DNA of 64,000 nucleotides, taken from contig CM035355.1 of assembly GCA_020137815.1 (NCBI GenBank), positions 5,580,001 to 5,644,000 of the forward strand, in the 5' to 3' direction. The notes beneath the pieces are model-generated. The model was not told the origin of the DNA. It worked only from the letters and a program-made list of their open reading frames with translations, and ran no database searches. The position numbers were made by a program, and so were the translations under genes. Position 1 is the first letter of the stretch; each line of letters opens with the position of its first letter. This document shows, piece after piece, positions 26,601-41,145 of this stretch. Origin of the DNA: Hormiphora californensis. Lineage: Eukaryota > Animalia > Ctenophora.

Positions 26601-29600
26601 TAATTAACCAATTAACTAATTACCTGATCCTTGTACTGCTCACACTGCCGCCTCTCATCCTCAATCTGCAGAGTCAGCTCCTTTATCTTCCTATCTGATC
26701 TTCTGGAGTTCTTACTCAGATTCTGCTTCTCCCTGAAATATGGTAGTGTCAGAGGTAGTGTCAGAGGTAGTGTCAGAGGTAGTGTCAGAGGTAGTGTCAG
26801 AGGTAGTGTCAGAGGTAGTGTCAGAGGTAGTGTCAGAGGTAGTGTCAGAGGTAGTGTCAGAGGTAGTGTCAGAGGTAGTGTCAGAGGTAGTGTCAGAGGT
26901 AGTGTCAGAGGTAGTGTCAGAGGTAGTGTCAGAGGTAGTGTCAGAGGTAGTGTCAGAGGTAGTGTCAGAGGTAGTGTCAGAGGTAGTGTCAGAGGTAGTG
27001 TCAGAGGTAGTGTCAGAGGTAGTGTCAGAGGTAGTGTCAGAGGTAGTGTCAGAGGTAGTGTCAGAGGTAGTGTCAGAGGTAGTGTCAGAGGTAGTGTCAG
27101 AGGTAGTGTCAGAGGTAGTGTCAGAGGTAGTGTCAGAGGTAGTGTCAGAGGTAGTGTCAGAGGTAGTGTCAGAGGTAGTGTCAGAGGTAGTGTCAGAGGT
27201 AGTGTCAGAGGGTAGTTTGAGTCTCATCTGGTTCTCCCTGATAAAAACAAAGTTTCGTCAGAGGGAGGGGGTGGTGAGTCTCAGATCTGTGTTTCCCCAA
27301 CATCTGGTCACAGATGTGAAGCGGCGAGTGTGTTTAGCAGTAGACTAAAGATCTGTTCTGGGATGTTACCAGGAACCGACCGACACAAGTAAACAACCAA
27401 TCAGAACTCGTTATTTAGGTCACGTGACTGGTTATCAGCCAATCAGGGACCAGCATTTCCTGATTCGATCGGTTCTGGGGTGTTACCTCACCCATTTAAA
27501 ACTAGCTCTCTGTCAATAAATCCCATATATATTTCCCTACATCAAAATATATTTCGCTCCACCCCCCCCCCCCATTATACCGACTTCTTGGTACTCGCTT
27601 CCCTCCCTTTCATCTGAGAGCGCTTGACTACATGTCAGCTAATGACGCCTGAAATAGATCAGCCGAAAGCTTCCGATTCTTATTTCTTAACTAAATCGTT
27701 CATGTTTTCGTTAATAATTGTTATCTCGTTTCATAGAAATTAACGTACACCTTTAGTCTGATAATCATGCACCTCCTAGTTGCCCCTAACAACGTGCAAT
27801 CACTCCAAGTGAAGATTGGTATCAATGACGAGAATTGAATAGAGAGAGAGAGAGAGAGGGGCCGAGTGTGATCCATGCAAAAGAGAAAGAGAGGGGGTTG
27901 ACAATACCAATCATGCAGTCGTTAGCATTCTTCCCTTCTATTGAGATCCCTCAATTGCTGGGGCAGCTGCATCCCTTTCTATCATATAAACGACTTTTGT
28001 CAGCCTGTCCAATATTATATTCAGTCGGCATGAGGCCCCTTTTTTGCACTGCAAAAAGTTGTACAGCTATCCAATATTTGTGTTCGAGAGTTGTCTAGAT
28101 AAAGTTCTTTATTCCTCGCTTGTTGTATAGATGCAGGTAGGACTGTCAGAGCATTGGCCTGACCTACAAATACGGGGATCGTTGAAGGATGTACTTGTCG
28201 CTATTTGTTACAACCAGGAACCGACCGGACCAAGTAAACAACCAATCAGAGCTCGTTATTTAGGTCACGTGACTGGTTATCAGCCAATCAGGAACCAGTA
28301 TTTCCTGATTCGGTCGGTTCCTGGTTACAACACCACATGGGGACTGGGAAGAGAACGAAAAAAAGGGAGAGCCTAGACTCGGGATGATTAGCACGGGGAC
28401 GAGAAATGATCATTTCGGACCGATAATCGATAGCTTCCCCATTATTTTCGAGCCCTCTGCAGTTCTACTCCGCATGTTTACAAAGTCTTACTTTCTCCCA
28501 CTTTTGGCAGCTATTTGTGTGTTGGTGATGGTCGACAGATGTCGTCGTTTGAACATAAATATGCCCTAGCGACGAGGTAGAGGGAAGAGAGAGAGAGAGT
28601 ATAGGGAGGAGAGAGGGAGAGTAGAGGGATGGAGAGCTCAGAGCCTGCGATAGAGGAGAGATAGAAAAGGATGAAAAAGCAGAAAGGGAACAGCCGTTAA
28701 AACCTGACCGCTCAAAAAATACCCTCTGTTTTGATTGCCTAACAATTCAGACAACTATATATTCCCTACTAACACCACTATAATATAATGAACCACACTA
28801 ATTCCTGCTAATTACGGGGGTGCAATTAGACTGAGCTGAGGTAGCTCGAAAGTGTCAATAATAACACCACGCTGTCACCAACTTGTACCCTGCTCTGAAA
28901 GAGCGGCGTCACTGTAGTTCAACAAGTAAACACCCAATCAGAACTCGTTATTTAGGTCACGTGACTGGTTATCAGCCAATCAGGGACCAGTATTTCCACA
29001 CCAAGTTGTGACCAACTTGTAACCTGCTCTGAAAGCCGCTGTAGTTCATCAAGTTCAACTGTAGTAGTTGTCAATTATATATAGTTCCTAAGTGCCCCTG
29101 GTAATGTCAACTGAGAGAGCTCCCCATTTTATTATGGCCGGTGTAAACACCCCACCCCCTCAGACCTAAGTGCCCCTGGCAATGTCAACTGAGAGAGCTC
29201 CCCATTTTATTATGGCCAGTGTGAGACTAAACACACCCCACCCCCTCAAACCGTCTGCAACCCTATAATAGCTACCTCAATATAGTTATCGTCATTAGAT
29301 ATTGCATTTTCAATATTACCCTCTCTAATTCTAGTCTCCTAGTTTCCTGGGTAATCCCCCACTAAATCCCACTAAATGATGTTTTCTTGGGTGATCCAGG
29401 ATCACTGATACCCTGGACTAAATATATTTGATATTAGTTTCCCTAATCCCCACTAAATCCTCACTCTGTACTATTACTCACTCTGTACTATTACTCACTC
29501 TGTACTACATATTACTCACTCTGTACTATTACTCACTCAGCTCTGTACTATTACTCACTCAGCTCTGTACTATTACTCACTCAGCTCTGTACTAGTAGTA

Positions 29601-32600
29601 CTCACTTTGATTCGTTATCGAGTTGCTCCTCAAGGCTGGCGATCTTGTTCTGTAATGACGCAATCGCTGCACCTGATATAGGGAGAAAGAGATATGCTTA
29701 CATTGTGATATTAACATGTACTACAACTGTTTACTGTGAACATGGGACTTGTCACCCAAAATATGTGTATTTACAGCACTCGACTCATACAGTTCACGGT
29801 CATCCTCAATAAATAGTTTTACGTTGTAGTTGATGAAAGTTTGAAATACATTTTGAAAGATGGGAATAGAAAGAGATGGCGAGAGATAGTGAGCGAGAGG
29901 GGGAAGAGAGAAGGATCAAGAAAGAAATACTCTATCCGATACGCTGTCTGATTGTCAGTGGCCACACTTTAATCTCATGGGGCTCACATTCACTCATGTA
30001 ATGTATGACGGTTCATGATCTATTTCTCCCTCCCCGTACCTTGTTTCGCTTTCACCACCTCCTCTAGCTTACTACTTACTACAACTCCCTCCCGGCTCCC
30101 CTAAGGGGCCCTTACCTTGTTTGGCTTTCACCACCGATTCCACCTCCTCCAACTTAGCCTGGAGTTCCCGCGTTTGCCTCTCGAAGGTCAGTCTGTCAGC
30201 TTCCATTCTGTTCGAGGTTGCTTTTTCTATATTCAGCTCCTCCTTCAGTTCGTCCGTCTAGAGAAATGGGAGTTGGGGAAACATGTCTAGAATTTAGAAA
30301 CATGTGATTATGTTGAGAGATATGTCTTGAAATATGATCATGTTGCAGAGATAGGGAAAAAAGGATTTGGTTTAGTTGTTAGGAAAACAAAATCCTTCGT
30401 TGTGAAATGAGAGCTGGTGTGTGATTTAGAAACTATTATGAAATGCATGCTTACCGTCTGTTGGAGTCCTCTTGCTACGTTCCATGTGTTTCTGAGCGTC
30501 ATTCTGTTCCTCTTCCAAGTCATCCTCAAGTTGGGCAATTCGGTGAAGTAACTTCTTGTTCTCCTCTGACATGGAACTCCTGGGAACAAAGGGGGTTAGT
30601 AGGGGGGGTCGTCATGTTAATTTTGTTAATGTTTTGTTAATTAACAAACGACCCTTGGTGAAACATTAACAAAATTAACAAAATTAACAAAATTAACAAA
30701 AATCGCGTTTTAGATGTTTTCAGTCGGTTTATAGTTGTTTTATGTGTTTTTAGGTGTGTTTAGGTGTTTCTATCATCTCCCATGGCAGATATTTCATAGC
30801 TAGGATAATTGTTTGGATTTCATCAAAGGTTTTGAGATAAGAAAAGGGTCATTATAACAAAGGAGGGGTATACGAGTAAAGAACACCAGTTTAATGTATA
30901 AATAGTGCGGTAATATGACGAAAATTTTTCGGCATAATCGTTCTAAAGCTAATTCCACTTCTAGGATACTCTATAGGGTCCCTAGAAACAACCCCTGAAG
31001 TTGTCGCAAGATCGGCGATAAAGAACTTGCATTAATTGGGCCTAATTGGTTACAGGGTGCTTTCAGCCAAAACCTTAAATACCCTTAAAATAGGAGTAGA
31101 GACAAAACCGAGGGCACTTAAATGATCAGCGTCCTCGCATTAGTGGGGGTAGGTGCTGGAATTAAGTCTCTATCTCATCTGGTTAATTAGATAATTGGAT
31201 AATCCGCTCTGCGCATAGCCGTTTTTGGCCATATTGGCTATAGCCATGTTAGGAAAGGAGTAGAGACAAAACCGAGGGCACTAAAATGGTCAGCGTCCTC
31301 GCATTAGTGGGGGTAGGTGCTGGAATTAAGTCTCTATCTCATTTGGTTAATTAGTTAATTGGATAATTAGATCTGCACATAGCCGTTTTCGGCCATATGC
31401 CTATAGCCACTTAGGAATGGTTTAGAGACATTTCACTGGTGCCATCTTGTAGACAATGGCCAAGTTATGGGGGGTCGACGTCGGACTTTTAAGCTCTATC
31501 TCCAACCGTTTAGCCGTTATTTGGCTTTAAAGGTGCTCAAAATGAGCAAAAAACGGTAAAAAGCCCGATTTTGAGCACTGCGAGGACGCTGATCACTTTA
31601 GAGCCCTCGGTTTTGTCTCTACTCCTATTTTAAGGGTACTTATGGTTTTGGCTTCAGGCTGAAAGCACCCTGTAACCAATTAGGCCCAATTAAGGCAAGT
31701 TCTTCATCGCCGATCTTGCGACAACTTCAGTGGTTGATTCTAGGGACCCTATAGAGTACCCTAGAAGTGGAATTAGCTTTAGAACGATTATGCCGAAAAT
31801 TTTTTGTCATATTACCGCACTAGTGGCGGATCAAAAAAATTTCACAAAAAAAATTCAAAAAAATTTTTGGGGGAAAAATCCTGCCACTAAATCGGGGTGC
31901 CACTAAATCGGGGGCCATTAAATCGGGGTCCGACTGTATATAGATATGTATCAGTGTTGATTGGATGGGTAGTACGTATAATATTGTCAAAAATAACGCA
32001 AATGATCTATTAAAGCGGGATTAAAAGCTTCAAAAAGACTTAAAAAAGCTTCTTTTTTTGTTAATAATGTTAATAATGTTAATAATGTTAATGTTAACAT
32101 TTTAAAAATTTTCATGAAACATTAACATTAACATGACGACCCCCCCGGTTAGTAGGGTAGTTAGATAGAGCTACTAGGGTGGGGACTGCAGGGAGGGGGT
32201 TAGGGGAGGTAGGGAGGGGGTTAGATAGAGCTGCTAGGGTGGGGGTTAGGGGAGGGGGTTAGAGTTTTACTGGGGTCTATGAGAAGGTTGTTAGAGCTGC
32301 TGAGGAGTTTAGAGCTGTATGAGTGTGGGGTTTGATAGAACTTTTGTCGAAGATTCAGACAGTCTCATTGACGCTCCCCAAGATGCATGACCGAGTGTGC
32401 TGATCTAGTGAAATGTGATTATGAAAGCATTGATTCTGATTATCCTATGGGTTCCAGTCTTCACAGTCACACAAAAAGGTAGATGACAGTTTTCTACAAA
32501 AAATCTAAATACAACCTCCAAACTGTACTAGTGACTACCAAAACCCTAATTTCAGTTTTGGAGATCTAACCACAGTATAGTGACAACCAAAACCCTAATT

Positions 32601-35600
32601 TCAGTTTTAGAGATCACCAGCTCCAAGCAGATCCAGCAGAACAACTTCCTTGAGTCCTCTCTAGCTCATGATGGGGATTACAGCACGTTTTCACTAACAC
32701 GGAATGTGGAGAAGGAGGGGAACAAGTGCTATATTGAGTTCTATCTGGGTGATGTCTATAAGATCAGTGAGATCGTAATTGTGAACAGGTGAGAGGTGGT
32801 GAGTGGAAGAGATTGTAACAGGTGAGAGAGTTCGATGACTAGCCACTCGCGGGAGGAAAGAGGAACCATGGATTCAGTTCTAAGTCCACTAACTATTAAC
32901 TAATAGTAAACCCACTCTCTTCTAATTCTCACTGTTTTTCCCAGGTTCACGAATAATGATAACATGGATTGGAAATGTGAGGATCAGGGAGAAAGATGCC
33001 AGGCTAGGATCGCAAATGTCACTGTAACGGTATGTGAAACATGCGTGCCGTACCTACCATGTACTAAATGGCATGATCGATCTTCCATATATATCCGATC
33101 CCCTAACATTTCTAGCGAACTCTAAGTCGCCCTATATTTTAGATAAGACGGCGAACAAACACTGAGTCGGATGTTAACTGTGGTATGATAAAACATTACA
33201 ACTCAAATCTTACTATGGAGGGACAAACCTACACAGTGAAGTGTAGTCCAGATATAATGCCGTGAGTTATATCGGAAATAAGGACCCACCGTTCGATGTA
33301 TCCGCCCCTCTCTACTCTTATAGAAAGGAGGGTGCCTTGTTCGACCCATAACATATGGTTTGCTCAATGTTCCTAGGTATGGTGACACAGTGGAACTGTG
33401 GAGGAGCAGCCTAATAGATGGATACGGTGAAAATGTGATCAACATCGCTGAGATAACCGTTCGAGGATTTGATGCGGACGGTACGAGTTAACAACTTTAA
33501 ATTGTCAATATGTTTGTCTCTTTTTGTCTGTGTCGTAACATGTAAGCTGCATCTGTAACGGTCTTTCAACGGTGTCTTAGCTGTTGCTATCATCATGATC
33601 ATGTCTACTATGTCGTATCACTAACTAAGATATCAAACAGATTCAAACGAACATGATTACCCCCCCCCCCCTCCCGCCCCCATGGCCTTTAGCCCAGTCT
33701 CTCACTTCCCAAGTTACTTCCCCCCCCCTGTTACTTACTTTCCAAGGGCAGCAGAGTTCATCTCCTCTAGCAGATCATCTCTCTCCTGTTGAGCGCTCCT
33801 TCTGGCCCGTTCACTGGCTGTTAGGTCCTCTTGGAGTCCAATCAGCTGACTCTCATAGTCCTTGGCCCTCCTCTCACTCGACTTGGCGTTCTCGTTGGCC
33901 TCATCAGCACGGTGTCGGGCTTCGTCAAGGTCATGCTGTTAAATGGTAAAAAAGTTATAGGGGACAAAGATCGAAACGATGACGTGATAGTGAGAAAGGA
34001 ATGAAGACTGAGAGCGTGGGAGAAAATATAGTGGGTAGAGAAAAAAAGAGATAGAGAACGCCTACCTGGAAGTCCTTCAGAGCAGCCTGGAGTTTTTTGT
34101 TCTGTTTCAACAAGTCTTCCTTGGCGTGGGTTGCCCCTTCCAGAAGCATCTCCAGCTCCTGGTAATCACCCTCCAACTTCTTACGGGCTGTCATTGCCTG
34201 GAGAAGAGAGAGGGTCAGATATGTGTTACTTTTTCGGGGCTGGTTGAGTAATAAGGGAACTGACGAACGGAAAACAATTGTAATTGCTCGGATGAGACTA
34301 GTGGATTCCTATATACTAACAGAGGTTCGCTGTTTCCTAGACTAGGGGGACTAGTGGATTCCTATATACTAACAGAGGTTCGCTGTTTCCTAGACTAGGG
34401 GGACTAGTGGATTCCTATATACTAACAGAGGTTCGCTGTTTCCTAGACTAGGGGGACTAGTGGATTCCTATATACTAACGGAGGTTCGTTGTTTCCTAGA
34501 CTAGGGGGACTAGTGGATTCCTATATACTAACAGAGGTTCGCTGTTTCCTAGACTAGGGGGACTAGTGGATTCCTATATACTAACAGAGGTTCGCTGTTT
34601 CCTAGACTAGGGGGACTAGTGGATTCCTATTTACTAACAGAGGTTCGTTGTTTCCTAGACTAGGGGGACTAGTGGATTCCTATATACTAACAGAGGTTCG
34701 CTGTTTCCTAGACTAGGGGGACTAGTGGATTCCTATATACTAACAGAGGTTCGTTGTTTCCTAGACTAGGGGGACTAGTGGATTCCTATATACTAACAGA
34801 GGTTCGCTGTTTCCTAGACTAGGGGGACTAGTGGATTCCTATATACTAACAGAGGTTCGCTGTTTCCTAGACTAGGGGGACTAGTGGATTCCTATATACT
34901 AACAGAGGTTCGCTGTTTCCTAGACTAGGGGGACTAGTGGATTCCTATATACTAACAGAGGTTCGCTGTTTCCTAGACTAGGGGGACTAGTGGATTCCTA
35001 TATACTAACAGAGGTTCGCTGTTTCCTAGACTAGGGGGACTAGTGGATTCCTATATACTAACAGAGGTTCGCTGTTTCCTAGACTAGGGGGACTAGTGGA
35101 TTCCTATATACTAACAGAGGTTCGCTGTTTCCTAGACTAGGGGGACTAGTGGATTCCTATATACTAACAGAGGTTCGCTGTTTCCTAGACTAGGGGGACT
35201 AGTGGATTCCTATATACTAATGGAGGTTCGTTGTTTCCTAGACTAGGGGGACTAGTGGATTCCTATATACTAACAGAGGTTCGCTGTTTCCTAGACTAGG
35301 GGGACTAGTGGATTCCTATATACTAACAGAGGTTCGCTGTTTCCTAGACTAGGGGGACTAGTGGATTCCTATATACTAACAGAGGTTCGCTGTTTCCTAG
35401 ACTAGGGGGACTAGTGGATTCCTATATACTAACAGAGGTTCGCTGTTTCCTAGACTAGGGGGACTAGTGGATTCCTATATACTAACAGAGGTTCGCTGTT
35501 TCCTAGACTAGGGGGACTAGTGGATTCCTATATACTAACAGAGGTTCGCTGTTTCCTAGACTAGGGGGACTAGTGGATTCCTATATACTAACAGAGGTTC

Positions 35601-38178
35601 GCTGTTTCCTAGACTAGGGGGACTAGTGGATTCCTATTTACTAACGGAGGTTCGTTGTTTCCTAGACTAGGGGGACTAGTGGATTCCTATTTACTAACAG
35701 AGGTTCGTTGTTTCCTAGACTAGGGGGACTAGTGGATTCCTATTTACTAACAGAGGTTCGTTGTTTCCTCTCATCCTCAATCTCTTGTTCCTGTTCCCTC
35801 AACTGCTTCAAAATCTGTCGCCTCTTTTCCTCACTCGCCTCCTCTCTACTGGTCAGTTCTCGCTCGTAGTTAGCTTTCTGGGCCTGCATATTGACTTCCA
35901 GGCGGAGTTTAGCGTCCTCAGTCGCTTGTAACTCATCCTCTAGCTCCTCGAGTTGAACCTGGAAGGGGGGCAGGGGGTTAGTGATGGACGACGGGGTGTA
36001 ACAGTGAAGTGACTAAGGTTATAGGGACTAGATAAGAAATGGGCTGAAAGCTGCGAAGAATAAAGCAGTGATTAAAATCTGACTACAACATTACCTTTTG
36101 TTCCTGTACAAGATTCTCCAGTGCTCTCTTGCTCTTCTCTAGCTCGTGAACATTCTTGCCAGCATCATCCTTGCTCTCCATCAGCTCACCCAACTCTGCA
36201 GCTTGCTATAAGGGGAGGGGAAGATGGTGGTCTATAATGTACGCATATTATGTGGCTACAGCAGTAACAAGTAAATAATTGGTTTTACCAACTTGGGTTT
36301 CACGCCCCAAACCGCCTGATTCTACAGATTCAACTGGTAAATGTTTCGCCCGATCCCAAAGATTGTACAACTACAGTTTTTACCTGTTTCCTGACCCTCT
36401 CGCTGTCCAGCCACTTGTCATTAGTATCCTCGAGTTCAGCCTGGAGAGACAATACCTTACTCTCCAAATCTCGACTCTTCTTCTCATACCCCTCCTTATC
36501 AGCCTCTAACTGATCCGCCCTTTCCCGCTCCTTGTTGAGCGTCGCATCGAACTTCTTTTGTTGGTTTTGAAGCGAGTTCACAAGAGTCTTCTCTTTCTCC
36601 AGATCAACTGATAAATCATCAACCTCCCCTTGCAACCGTTTCTTACTCTTCTCCAATTTACTGATCTCGTTACGAAGGTCCTCAATCTGGGCATTTAGAT
36701 CTTCCTGGTCTCGGCTCAACTTCCGGCGTGCATTCTCCACCTCTTCCAGGGTACTGGCGTGCTCCTCAGCTGATCGTTTAGCATCGGAGAGCTATGGAGA
36801 GGATGGGAGAGTTTGTTAAGTAGGAGCAGACAAAAATTCATCATAATGAATCTATGAGTGAAAGTGGTCTGATGACAACTAGGAGAAAATGATTTAGTGG
36901 TGATAATGTATACCTGCTGCATGGAGGTGGTAAGTTTCTGTTGAAGGACATCCCGGGCATCCTGCTCCTCTTCTAGACTCTCCAAGGTCTGGTTATGTGT
37001 CGCTTGTAGGTCCCTGGTGATGGGAGGGGTGATATTATGGACGACAGCGTGGTACTCTGTTATGTTGTAAACCTCCGCGGGGTCGGGGTCAGGAGGGGGT
37101 GTTATTGTGTTCAAACCCTCCGCGGGATCGGGGAAGGGATGTGAATTGTGATGTAGTAAGTTGAGTTTTATTTTTTGAATATATGTTTGTTTGCCTTGAC
37201 TTCGGACTTGTTAGTGACACCCGGGCATGCTGGTGACCTATTATCAATAGAAAACTATCTAAAGATAGGACACCTGGAACCAATTATACATCATCGCATG
37301 TTTAGATAGAGGGAGAGGGATAGAGAGACATATAGAGGGAGATGGAGATAGATGGAGAGAAGAAAGAAAACATTTTCTCAATTCATTATTCAACCTCCAT
37401 AATGATCAAGGAGGGGAGCAAGGAAGGAAGCTACTGTCACTACTGAATTCATTGAAGGTCTATCACAAAACTTACCTCATTTTTGCCATCAGTGTCTGTT
37501 TATCTCTACTCTCACTATCATAACTGTCCTGTATCTCGTTAATCTGTCTGTTTAGGTCCTTGTTGGTTCGCTCCAGCATGGACACCTTACTTTCAGCATC
37601 CATTTGTTTCTGAAAGAGGGGATTTAAATTAGAAACAACTTAGGCAATATTAAACAGTTGAATCTGTAGACAAAGATCTGTCTTCTATTGATTGAACCCT
37701 CACAGAGAGCGGTGTGAGCTATACAAGTCTTCTACGTACTTCTTCTTCACATAGAAAACACACAAAATATCCGCCCCCTCCATCGTAGATTGATCTAGGA
37801 GGGGCACTCATCGTGTCGATATATCCAGATACAAAGTTAACTCCCTAGTTATGCCGCTAGAATTCAAAGAGCAATTTATTTGAGAGAACTAAAATGTTGC
37901 GAGAATCAAAAGTAGAAATGGAATGCGTATATAGAGCAATTGAGTGAATTGCAACAGTCTATACCATAGACACGAATATGTACTGTATCTAGTTAGTATC
38001 ATAAAGGGAGGAATAGAGTAATGACGTAGAACGTAACATGAACAAGGATAGAAAGCAGAGTTCCCTTATAATTCCTGATGACAATGTATCAGCCCGGTCT
38101 GCATCTATTGAGCTTTACCAAACATTCACAGTGTGTGTATCGTCCCTATAATGCTTCTTTTTTCAGCCCCGGATAGAG

Positions 38179-38247
<69 letters not shown>

Positions 38248-41046
38248 AGGAGAGATGTATAATACGTAGAGGACGCATATATAAGTACGGTTGCTGTAGG
38301 AGAAGTGTTGAAAGATCCAGAACAGCTACCGCGCCGACAAAATGACGCTCCAGATACCAAATTATAAAGTTTTAAACTAAAGCAATGGACTGTACCTGTA
38401 GCAAGTTTGACCAAAATTTCAGCCCCAATTTAATTGGGCCAATTATATAGTTGGGGGAGGTGTGTAATTGGCCCTTAATTGTTTGTACCTGTAGCAAGTT
38501 TTCAAGTTCCGCGGTCAGTTTCTTGTGATTTTCAACCATCATAGCGCTCCCCTTTTCACACTCCTCGATTTTAGCTAGATTCTCATTGACAGTGCTCTCT
38601 AGCATCTTCTTTTTACGGTCCAGCTCCGCCTGAAATAATTAGAGAAATAGTTATTAATTGGAGAGGAAATACTAAAATGAAATGGATAACTTTAATGTAT
38701 GTAATGGGTTAAATGACACTGCCAGAGATTGTTCTGACCCTCACAATGAACTAAATATCGTGTGATTAGGTCCATGAAACTTCAAAACACACCTTCTGCT
38801 GTTTCGCCAGATCCAGCTCCTCTGCCAAACTATTCCTCTCTTTACTAAGATCATTCTTCTGTTTCTCATAACTAGCACTCTGTTTCTTCTGTGTATCCAT
38901 TCTCTCCTGGAGGTCCTCAACTTGGGCCTGGTATTTGGTTCGCATACTCTGAATAAGGGCCTCGTGTTCATCCTTTTCCTTCGCTAGATCCTTTTTCAAG
39001 TCTTCTACGTCTTTCTCCATGCTGGGGGAGACGGTAGGTTAAAAGATACTGAGTTCACTAAAAAGTTCAATGCTCATGTCCTTTTTCTACCCATCCGCCG
39101 TCGGGCCTATTCTGACTTTCTATTCTTGTAGATTCACTCAACTCCCACCACTATATCCGCCGGGTTCATTCGTACAGCCCAGATACAATAAAAAGCTCTG
39201 TCAACTCAATTCCATCCCGTAACTTACTTGCCCTTGAGTTCCTGTAGCACATTCTTGTTGTCCACACTGGTCATTAGCTCGTTGGAGATCTTTTGCAGTT
39301 CCTGAGAGACACAGTGTTACTATCACTGTAGTACTGGCAAAAATCAATTGGGTCACCCAATTAGCCACAATCAGCATACCCATAATTCATTAATTCGCCC
39401 ATAACTCCAAAACTAAGCATTTGAGACCATATTATATATAATGGGTATGCTGATTATGGCTAATTGGGTGACCCAATTGATTTTTCTTATAGAATCCGAT
39501 CCGGAATGGCCAGGTTTATATATGAGTTATGAACAAACATATACTCTAAAATGTTTAAATATTAGTTTTGGCGCTACGGGCGATTGTTCAAATTGCCCCG
39601 GTACCAATTTTGCCTACCAAAATTTTTAAATTAGGTATTTTTAAACTTTTGGGTGTCTGTGGCAGATATATGTTCCGCAAAACGTCAAAAATGTGGGACT
39701 TTTCGGATAATAGGGGGGTTGGTCCTAAAAATTGGGTTGTGAGACAGTTAGAGGAGGACCCTAACTGTCATAATCAAGGGGGTGGGGTAGTGTTTTTCAC
39801 CTGGGACAGTTAGGGGCATTTAGGGGCATGGATGTCTGACACAGTTAGGGTGACCCCCCCCCCCCCCCGGAGATAAACAATTTATTTGCTTAAAAGCTAT
39901 TAAAATATTATGTTCATTGTTATTATATCAGCTCCGTGCACTTGCACTTGTAGGGCACACGAGTTAGGTTCCTCGTGTTCCTACATTGTTTCTCTCTCAG
40001 GGATACTGAGAGTTAGTCATGATAGGTATTTGATGATCTTATGATGGTTGAGAGTGAGTTAGGAGGATATAGATATTTAGGAATTCTTTGGGGGCACGGT
40101 GCTCCTGAAGGACGGTCAACCTCGACCAGAGCCCCTAGCCAAACCACCGGTTGTGTGACCTAGAGGGGACCTCTGGGAACCGTGGAGCACCGGTTAGAAA
40201 AATATCTGGCGGGGGCCTTCGCCGGAAAATTGATAGAACGATAGCTATCGTTTTTTTCACTTGAACAATACGACCTTTTCAAAAATGATTCCTTGATCAG
40301 CAAGATATAGTGTACCCCCACCTATTTTTTGACGTAGAATCGAATGCCGTTGAAGTCAAATCTCTAAAATGTTGGAAAAATGGTGAAAAATCGCGTTTTT
40401 AGGTGTTTTTTGGTGAAAAAAGCGTTCAAACTGGTACTAGATGATGAGATAGAGTCCCAAAAGTATGATAAATCGCTTTTTTGGGACCTTGTCGCCCTAG
40501 AAACAAATTTTCATGGCGTTTGGGTGATACATTTTATCTCGGTAATCCTCTGAAGTAGGTAGAAATAGCCAACATATAGCGATTGCGGCAAATTAAAGTG
40601 ATTAAACGTTTACTAACCCCACTTTAGCATCATGTATGAACCTATCTCTGGGCTACTGGACTATGCAAGAGCCACCGTTCAACTTAACAGGTACTTACTT
40701 TTGTATCCTCATACTGCGTTCATTCATTCCCCGTCATAGTGTCTAATGCAGGAAGAGATGTTACTTGTGTTTTGCAGTTATTTAACGTTTGGGAAAGGGT
40801 AAGTTACATATTCCGACCTATCCAACTTCTAAACTATCTATAGCCTCGGGAAAATAAATATTCTATTACACAAACACAAATACAAATACAAAAAGCTACT
40901 GCCTGACATATAAACTACCACATCAAATATCAAGAAACTCAAGAAAATTTAAAAGAATAATATTGGTCAAACAGCGAATTTCTATACATGCCAAATTATC
41001 AACAAGATAAAGAAAGGGAGGGAGAGAGAGAGGGAGAGAGGGAGAG

Positions 41047-41145
<99 letters not shown>

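Noticed and set aside
26631-27348. ORFs of (GSVR)n, (VVSE)n and (SDTT)n
   Set aside because: By-products of a 12-bp repeat inside a myosin intron.
28131-28376. 81-aa ORF containing [26 protein letters not shown]
   Set aside because: Translation of the 109-bp MITE.
34297-35769. CRISPR-like appearance of the 53-bp array
   Set aside because: Units are contiguous and near-identical with no unique spacers, no cas genes are present, and the context is a eukaryotic intron.
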